Positions 35,806-51,026 of a DNA stretch of 64,000 nt are shown in pieces (positions within the stretch are counted from its first letter, which is position 1; every line of letters begins with the position of its first letter). The stretch spans positions 5,766,001 through 5,830,000 of the forward strand of contig JAQFVV010000009.1 in the NCBI GenBank assembly GCA_028023455.1, given 5' to 3'. Source of the DNA: Epiperipatus broadwayi. Taxonomy: Eukaryota; Animalia; Onychophora. The notes beneath the pieces are model-generated. The model made no database searches and was not told the DNA's origin. It saw only the letters and a list, made by a program, of their open reading frames with translations. A program made the translations under genes and the position numbers.

Positions 35806-36779
35806 ATCAAATATATGTTATGCAGATCATTCTGAGGCATTCAACTTCACAGGAGATAAAAATGAGCCCTAACCTTTCTGGTTTATTGGCTTTCACAAAA
35901 GTGTAATGCGCCAAAATCTACTCCAGAGGTTATTTATTTTTAGAAATTTTGTTCTAAGATGTGAGCCTTTTTTTTACACCTTATTTTATAATAGACCAAA
36001 GCATAGATAGTAAGATCAGGTGCTGAATCAATATACTCAAATGCAGATTTAATGTTATCAGGCACAAATTGAGAAGAAAAAAAACAATCATGTTCATTCG
36101 TATAGATATATTTTAAATGTGGATGTATATCAATAAAGGTACTCAAAAAGAAGTAGCAAAATATTGTCCAGGTAACAGTTGTTCTAATAATTTAAACATT
36201 AAACAGAAAATATAAATGAAGAATTCTTGTTCATACACTCAGTTTATTATGCAAATATAATTTATTGCTGAAAAATTATTATTTATTCCAAATTTTTTTT
36301 AAGAATGAAAAAAATAATCTTGTGTTTTAGAATTGGTTGACCTCCAAAATGTTAAAATTGTTTCTGTAAGACAATATTATCTTGAAATGAATTTATTATA
36401 AAATATTTATGAAATTAAATTAATACAAAACTTAAATAATATGAAAATTATTGTTTTTAAAAATATGAACATTCCATTATTTTAAAAATAAATCTTCCAG
36501 CACCATTTATATTAAATTTAATTAAAATTTTCACCTTATGTCATTATCCATCAGCAGATGAAAATAAAACCATCTCTATCTGCTTTCTAAATTCTTAGAG
36601 ATAGCATTAGATTTTATAAGCTTCTAAAATAATTACATATTAAGTGATTTTATTAAATTATTATATATATATATATACACACACATATATATAGCAAAGT
36701 AGATTCATTTGTAACCAACTTCTAGTGATATATTTTACTTTCAAAGTGAGAAAGCTGTTACTTCACAAGGTTAAAATTC

Positions 36780-37100
36780 ACATTGTATTAAATAAATCAG
36801 TTAACATTAAAGGTTTTATGAAAGACTTAGGCAATTATAAGCCCATTTTTATAAATGAACAGTTTATAAAAATAATAGTAATACTTTCTGTAGTGGTAAA
36901 TGTAATATGAAATATACTTTGAACATTCTAGCTGCTTCCATAGTATAAAATAAACCCTCTGAAATTCTTACAGTATACATTTTGGCAACAATAAACTGCA
37001 ACCATTATCAGCTGTGCTAGATTTAAAAGATCCATTTTCAATGCAACATAGTGATAATATATTTATTTATAGCTAATTTGCAGTGATACATTTTATTTTT
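36780..37100 (+). pseudogene. Short degraded RT fragment; boundaries approximate
   Basis: DLGNYKPI in ORF 36725-36910 resembles the NYRPI motif upstream of RT domain 1. Confidence 0.35.
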
Positions 37101-37482
37101 GAAATATGAAAGGTATCAAAATGTTTGTGGCTTAGAGCTTTATTTATTTTGTGATAACACTTAGGAACATTAAATAAAAAATATTAAAATATAATTTAAA
37201 TGACAGACTCAAAAGATAAAGATATTTATAAGGACTGAAGTTTAATCTGTCATTTCTTACATCAAAATGGTAAGATCCCATGATCTATTTGATTATTTAT
37301 TTTTATTTTATTTAATACAAATAATCTTTGTGCATTTGTAAAAATTATATATAGTTAATATTTTAATATTAATTAGTATAATCTTTAAAATGGGTATATA
37401 ATTATCTCCAATATAAAGTTATCTAATATTACAGAATAAAGATCACATGATCACCATTTCTTATGCTTGCTCATAACTGTTA

Positions 37483-37659
37483 TTAAAACAGACAAAACTC
37501 TCTATATATATTGCCAATCAGTGTAAGCCAGAGTAATCAATGGATGCCAGAAGGCTTGTGCATAAAATCTCCATCTAGTGCCTACTCATCCAATATCCCC
37601 AGACTAGTTTCTGGCTTGCACTGAGTGGCAATACATATAGAGAATTTTGCCTGTTTTAA
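37483..37659. mobile_element. Foldback/MITE family copy 2, asymmetrically deleted
   Basis: Arms ttaaaacagacaaaactctc and gagaattttgcctgttttaa. The internal sequence matches the copies at 8454 and 51027. Confidence 0.8.
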
Positions 37660-40600
37660 TATTACAACATTATATGAATTGTGTTTGTGTGAATAATAAA
37701 ATGTATCACTATAAGTTAGTTATAAATGAACCCACTACAATTCTGTTAATTTAAAGAATGTATGTTTTGAACTACAGCATATCTGATCTATGCCATTATT
37801 GTAAAAGTTTATTGACAGCTCTGTTATATATATATATAAACAAAGGAATAATTGGGGATATTTCCATGTAATAACTAGATGATGTTAGCAGATGTTGGTA
37901 GGCAAACTATCAATTACTATTAACAGTTCTTAAGTTAAACTAACTTGCTCTAGTAACCTATAATAGCTTTTTTTTTTTGTCTTGATTTTACTTAGAAACA
38001 ATGTCAGTATTTTAATCATCAACTTAAGCAAACAGTAAACTGATGAATCCAAATAATTTATCAATGTCTATCTTAATTATAATTTTCATATTAAAAAATA
38101 AATTTTCCTGAAAGTATATACTATTTTAACTTATTTTGTTTTTTACATCTTGTCCAAGACTATATCTACTTTTTTTAATCAACTGGAAATAAATGGGTAG
38201 TTTAATATAACAATTATTGGTAATCATTTATTAGGTACTAAGAATCATTTAATGACACTTAGGGGAGTTATGAACTACTACTGAAAATATTATAGTGATA
38301 AATGGGGAGGGGGGTGAATCAGTTGGACAAACAAAATTATTTGTATAAAGCAATATTAATCTAAAATGTGCCTAGTTTACAAATGACAAGAAGAAAAAAA
38401 TATCAATTTAGTTGTACAAACTAATTAAATAAATAATAAGAAAAAAAGGAAATGAGTTGTACAAAGAAATTTAAATAAATAAAAACATATAGCAGAATTT
38501 ATCATCACTATTGTTTGGTAAGATCAAACATCTGCTAGAATTTGTTACTTTGTACAAGTTTTCATTTTGAGGGTTTAGAACATTTTCAGATCAAGTAACA
38601 CAGATGACAAGTATTGAAAATTGATACATGAAGGACTTCTGTGAGATTGCAGTAGGCAGGAAAAAATAAAACCAAAAGAAATGATCAATTTCTTTCTTGT
38701 CCCAAATAAATGAAAATATTCTGTGTCACTTCATTTGAAACAATACTATATTTAGAAAAATGGCATTTAAAATCACAAACATGTTTTTCTTGCTTATGAA
38801 GGAATTTACAGAAAATTGGATAATGGGAGTTAAGTGTAGTTTATTTACAAACTAATGAAGTTCAAATAATCACTTTGTGTGTGTGTGTTTTCTCAAAATA
38901 ATACCACTGATGGTTTTAAAAAAAACTTTAGACAATTTTAATAAAATGCTAATCATCAAGACCATAGTAAATTCATATATGCACAATTAATTCATATGAT
39001 TGTTGTTATTTCATTAAAACTATGCAAGTTTTATATCAATATTTTTTTGGAGGGGGTACTATTTATTTATTACAAACTATGCAAATTTTATATTAATATT
39101 GCTTTGGATAAGTAAATTCATATTTGTAAAACATTCTTTTTTGTTTCATTTATTGTTTGATATTTTCTGTAGTAGTTCCCCTAAATCTCTCTTAGCACTT
39201 ATTAAATAATTACCCAATTATTTTACAAGAATTCAGCATTTTTTTAATTTTCGTTAAAATCAGTTGCAAATTTTGCATTCACTTTTTTTTCTTTCATTTT
39301 CGAAATATTTAGTTATTCAAATCTTTTTTCTAATACATGAAAAATCCAAGAAGACACAAGTGTGTTATGTATCTGCACATGTGAATACACATATTCATGC
39401 TGTTTTATGTTTTTTGAGTAAATTTTCAATTGATGAATGTAGTGCTTTGACACATGGAAAAAAACATTTATGTGGACTGTTTTCTAAAAAAAAAAAAACC
39501 GTTAGTAAGGCAATTTTTTTACTAAATAATTGAATTCAAATACTGTTGAGAACTGAAAGTAGAACTCTTTTTTGATTAATATACTAATGGATAATTTAGT
39601 AATTATTATCTCTACTCATTGTGGATTGACTCAAGATTCACTTCAGGCCTTCTACTATTTACATATACCACTGGTTTGACACCATCAGCCCTAAAATTTA
39701 TACTCACACAAACTGATTTCTTCATCACCAAAAAACTTAGGTTTTTACTTCATAGAAAGAACTGCTTTTAAGGATGGGGGGAGATGGAACCAATAGAAAT
39801 ATATTCAAAATATGATTGAAAGAATAGCAGTATGCAAAATTACTATTTCGTTCACTTCCAATTAAAACTCAAGAATTTTTCAGGAATTCATTTAAAGCAG
39901 TAGGGCAACACATGTGTCTCAATGAATACTGTATACTATAAAAACTAAAGCAGTATTAATTTCCCTCTGAACATTTTCAATTAATCATTTAAATCAATAC
40001 ACCTGGGTCTCATTTTATGTGGTAAATAGGTTCCGCAGAAAACCCGCAGTAAAAAAATCACACAAAAATACTTAACTTACCTTGAAAAATGGGGAATAGG
40101 TTCTGTAATTTTCAGAAATCGCATAAAAGCAAAACAACAATGAAAAATTACTTTAAAATTCGCATTAAAAAAATAAAGTATGACTAATAAAAAATTTCAA
40201 ATATTTGAAAAAAATTGTAGTTGTTGATTAGAATCCACACCGCGTGATGGCACAATTTATGTGCTAAAACACATAAAACTGCCATTTACATGGCCGAACA
40301 TATTTTTTAGGCCATGAGTTACATTTATATAACAGTTCTGTTCTTCTATACATTGCCAACTGCGTTGTCACATCGCAGTAAATTATTTTGGCGAATTCGC
40401 TTTTTTTACGGTGTCATGTGAGAGTGTGTCTTACAATTATATATAAATCATTAATTGTAAATAAAGTTTGTTTTTTTTTATTGAAATCACACGATTTGAC
40501 CAAGCAATAATTATCGGAAGGTTTACCTCTTCTGTAATCAAGTTTTAAGGTGCAAAACCTTGTCAAAGGGTATGTCTGAACAATACTTTAAAGGAGGTAA

Positions 40601-41769
40601 TGGTCAAATAATATATTGTCGATAACCTCAATGAGACAAAGAACATGGAAAACCTAAATGTTGTTCGATTCTCGCAATTAACGACCACTTTGTTTAAGCT
40701 ATATGTCTGATATATTACTGTTGCCATGAACAGCTTATTTTTTAAATTTATTTATACCAAAAAAAGAAACCATAATAAATGTGAAATTTGTTGATGCATA
40801 CATTAATAATTAATGCTAGTATTAAGGAATTTAAGATTTGGAATGGACTACGAATGATACACAACACATTGTTTATAATTTAATATATTTTAATTCTTAA
40901 ATATAGATTAAATCAACAACTGCATTGAACGACACACACATTTGGGTTATAAAGTAAACATATATAAAACAAATATTAGCAAGTAATAGAATAATAACTG
41001 AATAAGTTATTTAACAAGTGTTTAGAGTTTTAGAATTTAATTTAAGAAATAGGCAAGTTTTTATTTTTAAAATACATTTAAAATTTTAATCCCAAGTTTC
41101 ATTAATTGCTACTTTAAGAAATTTATTGTTTTTCTATTTATTGTTCAAAGGTTGTAATGAATATACTAAATAGAGAATACATAAGCGGGGCCAATGTCTA
41201 TATGACCCTAAGGATAGGTTGATTTTGGTTGTTGTTGATTGCTTACAGAGGGTTTCCCAAAAATTGACATCTTTTTTTTTTTTTTTTTATAAAAACAGAT
41301 AACTTTTTTTTTAAAAGAGTTTAAGTTTGTAAACATTTTATTATATATGTGTGTGAGACTATCCCAGGAATTGAAATTTATATATCAATGCATTTAAATA
41401 AAGAGTTGTTAACTGAGAATATTTCAAATTTATATGATTAATTTAAGAGTTGTAATGCTTCTTTAAATCTATTGCATTATGGCTTCTCTCGCATATATAT
41501 ATATATATAAGTGGTTACACACATATAATAATGTTCACATAACTTCATTTAATTATATCATTTTATTAATTTTAAATTTATAACTGTGTATACATTATAC
41601 ACATAGACATATGTGCACACATACACATAAATGTATGCTATTACATATCAAAATAAATTATTCTGATTATATACATGGACTGTGAGGGTTCAAACTATTG
41701 GAATAGATACTAACTATGATGAAACATAGTAGGTGAAATGGGATGATGACTAAATAATACCATTTCAAG

Positions 41770-42300
41770 TAGAACCAAAAAAAACCTAATAAGTTTTAAA
41801 TTTGTTGATGTTTTAAAAAAGTACCAAAAACAAAGTGAAACCAAAAAAAAAAAATCGTAATAAGTTTTAAATTTGTTTATGTTATTTAAAAAAAAAACGA
41901 AACCAAAAAAAAAAAAAAGCATACTAACTTTAGGATTTATTTTTTAAACAAAAATAGGAAAACAAAAATACAACCATAATAAGCGTACTTTTATATTTCA
42001 AAAAAAAAAAAAAAGCAAAACCAAAAAAAAAAACTTTACTAACTTTATGATTTATTTTTTAAACAAAAATAGGAAAACAAAAATACAGCCATAATAAGCG
42101 TACTAAGTTTTACATTTAAAAAAAAAAAAAACCCATAAAGTGAAACCAAAAAAAAAAAAAGCTTACTAACTTTAGGATTTATTTTTTAAACAAAAATAGG
42201 AAACCAAAAATACAACCGTAATAAATGTACTAAGTTTTACATTTAAAAAACAAAAAGAAATCCCCCCCCCCAAAAAGCGAAAAATGTTGATTTTATTTTA
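41770..42300. repeat. A-rich minisatellite (three ~115-127-bp units preceded by two shorter units)
   Basis: tactaacttta(g/t)gatttattttttaaacaaaaatagga... starts near 41922, 42037 and 42164. Confidence 0.85.
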
Positions 42301-45300
42301 TATTTATTTATTTTGTTGATGTTAATAAAAGTAAATGTTTAAAAAAAAAAATAAAATTTGCATTTAATTTATTTGTAAATAATAAAAAAAAGTAAAAAAA
42401 CAAGGAATTCAAATAAAAAAAAGGCCTGGGAATGTTCATAAGTTATATTTTTTCAAGAAAAACAATGCCATCATGTGGTGTGGATATCTAACCAACTACC
42501 AAAAAAATCAATACAAGACAAACTTTTTTTTATTAACTACAGTATTTAATTTTCCATTTTTCCATATATATTTTAATCATTACCGCTATTTGACAATATG
42601 CATTCATTTGTGAACTGGTAAGAAATCAGATTCATCACAAAAGTAAGTACAACTAGTGCCATTTTCAGTCTTGGGTTGTGTTAATGGTTTTCTTTTGACA
42701 ATTAATCAATGATTAAACTTTGAGACGATGATTTCACTAATTGTTTATAATGCTTGCGATATCCAGACAGATAACTATTTAGCTCTTGTTGGAATTTAAG
42801 AGGTTGTTCATTGCAGGAAACTCTCAGATTTCAACATTTTCTGATGATTGTCTTTGCTTCACACATTAACCTAAAATCTATGATTAACTGATTTTTACTA
42901 CTGAAATAAATTTTAAATGTTTACATTTTGTTTTTATATTTAAAAAAATGAAATCGCAATCAAAACAAAAAGATTATACATTATCATTAGAAAGACTATT
43001 TATTTGTTATATCTAAAAAAATACTTTTAAAAGTTTAAAATTTTTGAATATTTATTGTGATATTTTTATACATAAGTATAAATCTATTATTATTATTTGC
43101 TCATTAGTATAAGTAGGTTATTTACGTAGAAGCTAAGATTCTAAATATAGCTTCAGGCCATATTCACATTAGCTGCTAATATAACGTTATATTTTTGAAA
43201 AAAAAAAAAGGTATTTCAAGTCAAAATAAGTTATTAATAATTTAAATTTCTTGATATCTAATAAATATAATGAAATATGAAAGATATTAAGAAGAAATAT
43301 GAATCACATAATTTCAAAATTGCATTAAAATAATCCACATAAAACGAGACCCAGGTGTATTATGATTAAGAACTTTCCCCCTTAAATATATCTTTTCTCT
43401 AAACATTCCTGTAAGAAACATTTCAACCAAAGTGAAACAAAACCCTTCATGATTGCAAACTTGATAAAGATAACTATTGAAATAAGAAGAAACAATAGCT
43501 TTGATAAGGGAAATAGTACAATATTATATCAGGAATAAATACAGTTTTAACAAGGTTATTTCCCGACTTTTACTATCATGGTATTGTAATCCAATATTCA
43601 TACAAAGTGCTGCCAATACCATATTTCTCATGACAATAAGTCTTACAAATGTGCTTTTATAAGAAAAAAAATTACACATTTCAGATCACTATTCAATTAT
43701 CTTATTACAAATATTCTTTGCTGATTAGTGCAATAATATGCATATGGATTCAAGAATAAAAGACTCCTGGATTGAAGTTCAAATATTAAATCATCTTAGA
43801 AACAATACCCCTTTATATATATAAACATTTCACTAATATTTTTAAAAAAATCAAATAACATTAAATAATAATAATTGGTTTTCTTTTATGGGAGTTCATA
43901 AAGCAGTTCAAAAGCAATGAAGCCAAATATGATCTGTGGACCTCAAATTCGAAATGATACAAAGCATAGTGTTTGTGTTAACAACTACTGTTTATTTAGA
44001 AAGTTTATGAAAATGAAGCAGAAAATGTGTTTTCATTAGATAGTCTCTAATTCATTCAAGTTTCTAGTGAAATTGATGCAATTGGATAGTTTTAATAGAG
44101 GCAGTCTAATTCTAGAGCCCCCTCCCCCCATTTTTTTTTAACTTTAGAATATGGTTTCTAATCAATTAAACTTTTTTATATTCATAAAAAAAATCATTTC
44201 AATATTTATCTATATTGCTAACTATAAATATCAAGGTAAAAAGTTTTTATCTAGTTATAAAATTTAAATATGTATTCAAAACTAGAAATTTTGTTTAGAT
44301 GTTTTGAAAATTAGTAACATGAGAAGAACAATTTCTCCAAAAAATGCATAAAAACAGCCTTTTTTTAAAGTAATTAAAAATATGTTAACTATTTTACATT
44401 ATCATTTCTTTGAACCAATGCAATGAAAATAGTTTACCTGCAACTTTTCAAGTCTTATAATTTTACATAAATGGGAAATTTTAAATTAAAGCATGACTGT
44501 ATGATACTGTTAATAATTGCAGTCTTGTTTATATATTTTTTTTTCATGTGTATTTTTCATTAAAATGGGAAAGTTATCAGCAACAAGTCGTAATAAGCTT
44601 CAATAGGTAATAATGTTAGATTGAGACAAAGACTAGTAGGCGATCACAAAGGGTGCTGATGAGACATCAAAAATTGAAAACCAATTAAGAATTAATCCGG
44701 TTTTTTTTTTTTTTGCTAATTATAAAATCATTTACAGTATTTAGTGTTTTAATCAATGGTTGTTAATAATTTTGTCAAATATCTTGTAGAGAACATAGAA
44801 TAATGGTATTGGGTGATTTCTTTTTTTAAAAACCATTGTTGGGTTAATTCGACTTTAAACTGCTATAATTAAAACAGAATAACGTAATAAATATCAATTA
44901 TTTAATTTCTATTAATATTTACTTATTTATATACTACTATAGAAGAGAAATCTTTTACTAATTTACAAAGGAATTGTACAAGTGACTTGCAAAATTTTTT
45001 TATATTTTTATAGGACTATCAGATAAAATTGAAATATCTGTTGGGTAATAACTAGTCACTGGGAATTAGTTGTCTTAATACTGAACTGAGTATTCAAGCT
45101 TTATATATATATATATTTGTAATACTAAGCTATTTATTTATAATTGATAAATTTTGTCCACTCTCTGTAATACAAATAAACATTTTGGCATCCAAGAAGT
45201 AGAGTGAAGAATTACCTTAAGTTCTTAATAATTGGGTTTTTGAATTTTGCTATGTCAATGAGTTCCAGTAATCTGAAGTTAATAGTTTAGAAAAATTTAA

Positions 45301-45562
45301 TAGATGTGCTTTGAGTTTGCTCTTTCATCTTAATTTTGTCCCTTCATATGCTGATTTACTTTCTATATAAAGGTGTCTCATGAAAATCTGCAGATTTGTA
45401 TCACTTTTCGATAAGAAAGATTGCTAATTAATTGGTATTAATATGAAATCATTATGCTTATCTTTGAATCTTTATAAGAAATGAAATTATATAAGGTAAA
45501 CTTTTCTTTCAATTTTCTGGCCAGAGATCTCTTCAGGATTCAAAGCAAGAATAAATTAATAA

Positions 45563-46495
45563 GGTAATACAGCATCGATTGATCCAAGCCATAAGATGGC
45601 GCTGTTTCTACGCTAAATCACATAAATATGCTGTTTACAAGGCTGCTCATAGATCTTACGGCCTAGTAAACTGTTCAACCGCTAAGATGTTGAAGTGCAT
45701 CCATTACCCCAACATCTCTAGTATGTTGAACATTATTAGCGACGAGTATGCAAGAATCTCAATAGACATTACTCTTAACTATTGTACAGCGTATGATGCG
45801 AAGGTTTCTGTATTTTGAATGTCAAAAACTATATTATAACGTTTTTTTTTTTTTTTTGGCTTCGATGTATTTTTTTTTATTTTCGTTCATAAAAATTGTA
45901 ACGATTTTCCAAATGTCCCTGGTTTCATTGTCAGGAGTCAGAATTCAGTTAATGAGGATTGTTAGTCACAATTCGGCAAAGTTCACGATCAAGTTGCGCA
46001 CTTTCCAAGACTTTTTCGAGATCAAAGCATTTCAATGGCAGACTACAGAAGCAGATGCGGTGGCCTTTCTTCAACAGAGAAATATTCTCCTCACCCAGAA
46101 GAACTGCCTTTGTGGTAGTTTAATGAAAGTAAAAAGCCAAAAAAAAATAAAAAAAGTTACTTTAAAAAAAAAAGACCGTAATCAAAAGCGAAAAAAAAAA
46201 AAAAAAGTTACTTAAAAAAAAAAAAAAAGACCGTAATCTAATTTTGTTAAACAACCAGTTTTACAAAAGGTTTTTACAAAACGTATTAAAAAAAAAATTT
46301 AAAAATCAATTTATTTATTTAAAAAAAAAAAGAAAATAAGGTCTCAAAAAAAAAAAAATCCAAACCAAAAAAAAAAAAAGCACGATAACATTACAAAATA
46401 ATAATAATCATATCAGCCCGGTAATGTTTTATCTATTCGTTTTTCACTAGCAACAGTGCCATCTTATGGCATGGATCAATCGATGCTGTATTACC
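45563..46495 (+). mobile_element. Merlin (ISXO2/IS1016-like) non-autonomous deletion derivative
   Basis: Perfect 8-bp TSD ATTAATAA (45555-62 and 46496-503). ~50-bp TIRs start GGTAATACAGCATCGATTGATCC. The residual N-terminus EADAVAFLQQRNILLTQKNCLCGSLMKV resembles Merlin transposases. Confidence 0.8.
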
Positions 46496-46562
46496 ATTAA
46501 TAATTAGCATTCTGAAGAAGTTTCTGCAATTAAGATAAATCTGCAATTTTAATACTCTAGAG

Positions 46563-46925
46563 CAAGGGTGGCCAACTTTTGTGTTCATAAAATCTTTTTA
46601 TTTTAAAAATGTTTTGCGATCGACTTGCTGTCATAGGCATAGTCTAAGTGGAGGGAGGTGTGAAATACATACCATTTTTATATATCTACCTAGTAAAAAA
46701 TAACAATTATTTGAAGGGCCAAAAAACTCGTAATTTTCAATGATATGATTTAGTGGACTTCACCTATCCAGAAATGGAAAAAAATTTAGAACAAAAAACT
46801 TGAAAATCTTGACTTAATTTGTTTCACTCGTTACCAGTCAGCACTTGCCAGATTGGCCTCACAATCGACCAAAAATGGCTTTGCGATTGACTGGTGGATT
46901 ACAATCGACTTGTTGGGTACCTCTG
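46563..46925. mobile_element. hAT (Charlie-like) MITE
   Basis: 8-bp TSD CTCTAGAG (46555-62 and 46926-33), fitting the NTCTAGAN preference. TIRs CAAGGGTGGCCAAC / GTTGGGTACCTCTG. Repeated subterminal (c/g)(a/c)(a/g)at(c/t)gac words. Confidence 0.88.
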
Positions 46926-48538
46926 CTCTAGAGCATTTTTATAATTTGTCATATCAATTATTATTGTTATCCTTAGAAATTTTCACTTTATAAGTAAAAT
47001 CACATTTTTCTTTTTTGTATATTTGTGAATTTTTATAAGGTTTTTTTTTTTCTTTACACTGTTACTGTAAAATTATATATATATTTTTTCAAAGTTAATG
47101 CTTTCTTTTTAGTTTTTGTTAATTTCATTTTAGAATTTGTTCATTATTATAACTCCAAACTCAAATCAATTTATCTAAGCCAATAATATATAATTATCTT
47201 TAGAAGAAAATATATTAGTCATTTTGCTTTCAGTATAAAGGTATACAGAGATAGTATAAGGAAGTCATAGTTATTATTATTAATTTCAAAATATATTTCA
47301 TCTATAACTTTTTCTCACAAATTTATGATAAGCATAAAATTTAAACAATGAAATAAGTTTCTAGATTTCAGTGTGTGTAATATTTCAGTAAATGTTCTTT
47401 TCTAAAAAAAAATTTACACGAAAAAAAAAGTAATTTTTTTTTTTTGGATTAAGAGACACCAAAAATTTTCTGCTTATGTGATTTGCTTAGCACTATCCTA
47501 TTGATTTGTATTAATTATTAATCTCAGTTCAAGACGTTTGTTGAAATTTGTATTTAATAAATCAAAATTGGGTAAACTTCAATGATTCCCATTAAGAAAT
47601 CCTGTATACACATCATTTTCTTAGACTTTTTTGCCAGCGTGCCCTAAAGGATAAACTAGGGGCAAAAAATTGTCAAATTTTATTGCTAATTTTTGCAAAC
47701 TATTTCTTGTAATTCCTATAGAAGCATAATTATTTAAAACTTATGTAGTAGAATGTTGGACTTTGAATTTCAAAGCCAAGGTATCATAAACTCAGCTGTA
47801 TTATGCTCAAACTTAAACAGTTTGATTATCTTTGCCTTTTTTAATTTAATGGTTTCTGGAGTTAAAGATTCATAAATTCCAATTCTATCACTTCTAGTGC
47901 TAAAATTTTTTTATTGGTTCCTAAGTAATAAACCATTCAATTTTTTTAAAAATAATTTATGAATATTTTGTGTATGTTGTTGTATATTCAAATAATCAAT
48001 GAATTTCATAAATAGTGAATTATGACAGCTTTTTTATGCTGCACTTAAATTAGTAAGATTTTTGTTGTTGTTCATAAATAATTTCTTAACATTATTTTAT
48101 CTTGATTTTACCTATCAGAAAATCTGTTTGTAATGCATATATATTTAAATCTGTTAGGAAATACTTTTGCAAGTGAAAAAAAGAAAAATCCTATTATATT
48201 TGCCATTATTTTCTGCTAATTCATGATTCATTCATTATAAAGCAATAATCCACAGTTATTTCAAACTGATTAAGAACTTTCCAATATCATTCAACCAATC
48301 CTGATATAATAACATTAATTTAGCTGCTGTAGTTTAACAACTTTCACTATTCATATAAAATTACAAGAGTGTCTTTTACATTTTTACAACTATTATTTTA
48401 GAGTTACAATTTACTTTTAAATATTTATTTAATACAGGCACGCACACTTAAAAATCAAAATCTCTACAAAATTTTCTTCATAACCAAGGTTTTGCCTATG
48501 AAATAATCACTTTTAACATCAATGAAAAATCTCTCAAA

Positions 48539-48666
48539 ATTGATGGCCTTAAAAACAAAAAAATTAATTAAAAGGATTTCTTTAACTCGTTTTTTTTTTT
48601 CATTGTGTTTATAAAAGATGAGTTAGAGCCCCTATTGATTAAGTTTTTGTTTCTGAGGCCATCAAT
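48539..48666. repeat. Imperfect inverted repeat (~50-bp arms), probable small MITE
   Basis: attgatggccttaaaaacaaaa versus tttttgtttctgaggccatcaat. Confidence 0.65.
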
Positions 48667-51026
48667 CTTATAAGAACTTACCTTAATTAATATTATAGGC
48701 TATTAGCATTTGTAGTGAATTAATAGTTTTTACTTTAAGATCTATTTGTTTAATAGACAAATACATGGTTGTTAAGGAAACTTTTGTAATTTATTTATAT
48801 TATATTATTTTAAAAGAAAAAACATATTTAACTAAATATCAATAAATTTCACTTAAATGTCTTTTGATTAATTTTATTTTGTCCTAAAAATACAGAGATC
48901 TGGGTAGGTACTTATCTACTAACACGAAGTTCACAATATTTTTAAAAATATATTTTAATGGGTTGAATAAAGAACTAATAGTATATATGTGTGTGTATAT
49001 ATATATTAAAATATATTGTTTCATTTTCTAGAAACATACAGATACAGGCTTATGGTGATACAGGATAAAAAGTGAATTATTAATTTGGCAAAATCATTAA
49101 TGGGGGAAGATTCAAGATCTTATGCTGAAATTGTGATATACATTATTATATAATAAAACATATAAATTGAGTATATGAGTCTAAAAAAAATCAACACTTA
49201 AGATACAACAAATATAAACTCATATTCCCAGGTTGAATATTAAGTAACTTATGTATCATATTTTATAGAATGAAAAAATATTTACCTAAATATTTTGAAC
49301 TGGCCTTTCCAAGAAATTAACATATATTAATTACATAACATTTTTTACTTGCACTAAGAAAATTTCAAGCCAGTTTTATTAGCATTCCACTCCAACTTAA
49401 CAATTACTAATCTACTTGCAAGATTAGTAATGGAGGTTAATTATTTTGACAACTGTTGCCTGATAATATTATAATTATATTGTTTATTCTGTGAAGAAAT
49501 TTTTTGTAAAATATTGCATTAAAATAAATTTGTGCCAAATTTGCCTTTCCATTAAAAAATCCTATTTTTAACGGCCAAGTAATAGGTCACTAGTTGAGTG
49601 GTCATGAACTAGCAATGTTTCCTGTAAATTTCTTCACTGAATAGAAATATTTCTTTTTGAGAAAATGAAATTGTAGTTAGAAAAGCTTCAAAAATATGCA
49701 AACTGATGTGTCTGATGTGGAAAGCACCCTTTTGTACATTCCAACGTTCTAAATAAAATAAATTTTTTATTAGTTTTTGTTGTTATAGTGATTTAAATAT
49801 CCACCACATTTTTTTTATTTTATCATTCTTTAAAAAAATGTGTCTGTATATACATATTTTTCAACTAACCAGCCTACAGCCATGCAATATTGAATGATAA
49901 ATAGATATCTATTCTTAGCAAGAAGGCAAACAAGGAATAAAATCCTCATCACCTAAAGGTCAAATAATCTTTATGAGTAATGCCCACTATTCCTCTATGA
50001 CAATAATGGTGATAGAAAGACCATTGAAGATTCTTTTATTCTTATGTGCATTATGTAAGACTTTTTTTTTTACTTATACACACACACACCACGAATGAAC
50101 ATTTATGCATAGTTAATAGGAGAAGTTATTCTTTAAATAAAATTTACAACAATTATGGGTAACATCCTTATTATTAGCAGTTAAATTAGTGGCCATTAGA
50201 ACTCCAGAAAAAAAAAAGACAAAGAACAAAAAGTTAAATGTTTTGAATTAACTATACAAACCAATCCATACACACAAATACAGACTGTATATTATATGCC
50301 GGTCCTTTAATGTGACAACTTGAAGTGCTTTTAACTTTTGCAGCTTTTAAAAAATTTACAGCAACTTTTTGATCATAGGGATTACACCTTTACCCCGCTT
50401 AAGGATGGAAATTGGTCCTCCAAAACTTATCATTAAGCAAGAGTATCATATATAAATTTCGTAATTATAATGGGGGTCTATGGAAAAAAAATTGGTTGGT
50501 TCCAGTCGAAGTAAAATATCCACATTGGTTTTCAAGCTCAAAGATTTTCTTGATTTTTTCATGACAATGATGACTAAATACAGTATCTAAAAAGAAAAGT
50601 TTCATATCACTAGGAAAAAAATGCATATTTTCATTTTAAAAAGTACAGAACAGTAAAAAGAAAGAGAAAATGAAACTAAATTTGAATTTAAAAGTTTTTA
50701 TATTCTTCAGCAGAAGTTTTTCATCGTAATGAAAAAAAAAATCCATATTGAAATGCTTTTTTTTAAAATTTGTATTACAATATATATTACTACTATACAT
50801 TTATGTTTATTACTTATGTGAAATTATTCAAATTAAAAATCAATGTTTAATTATTAATTATTTAATTGAACATAAAGACTTATTACTGTACTCCACAGTG
50901 ACAAAATGCTTAATGCCTATCGTAAAGTAGTCAACTTTAGAAAAAAAAAAACTTATTTTAAAAGTAAAAAATCTAACTTCTAATTTTCATCACATGATCA
51001 CATCTCTATACTAGCACATAATTGTT

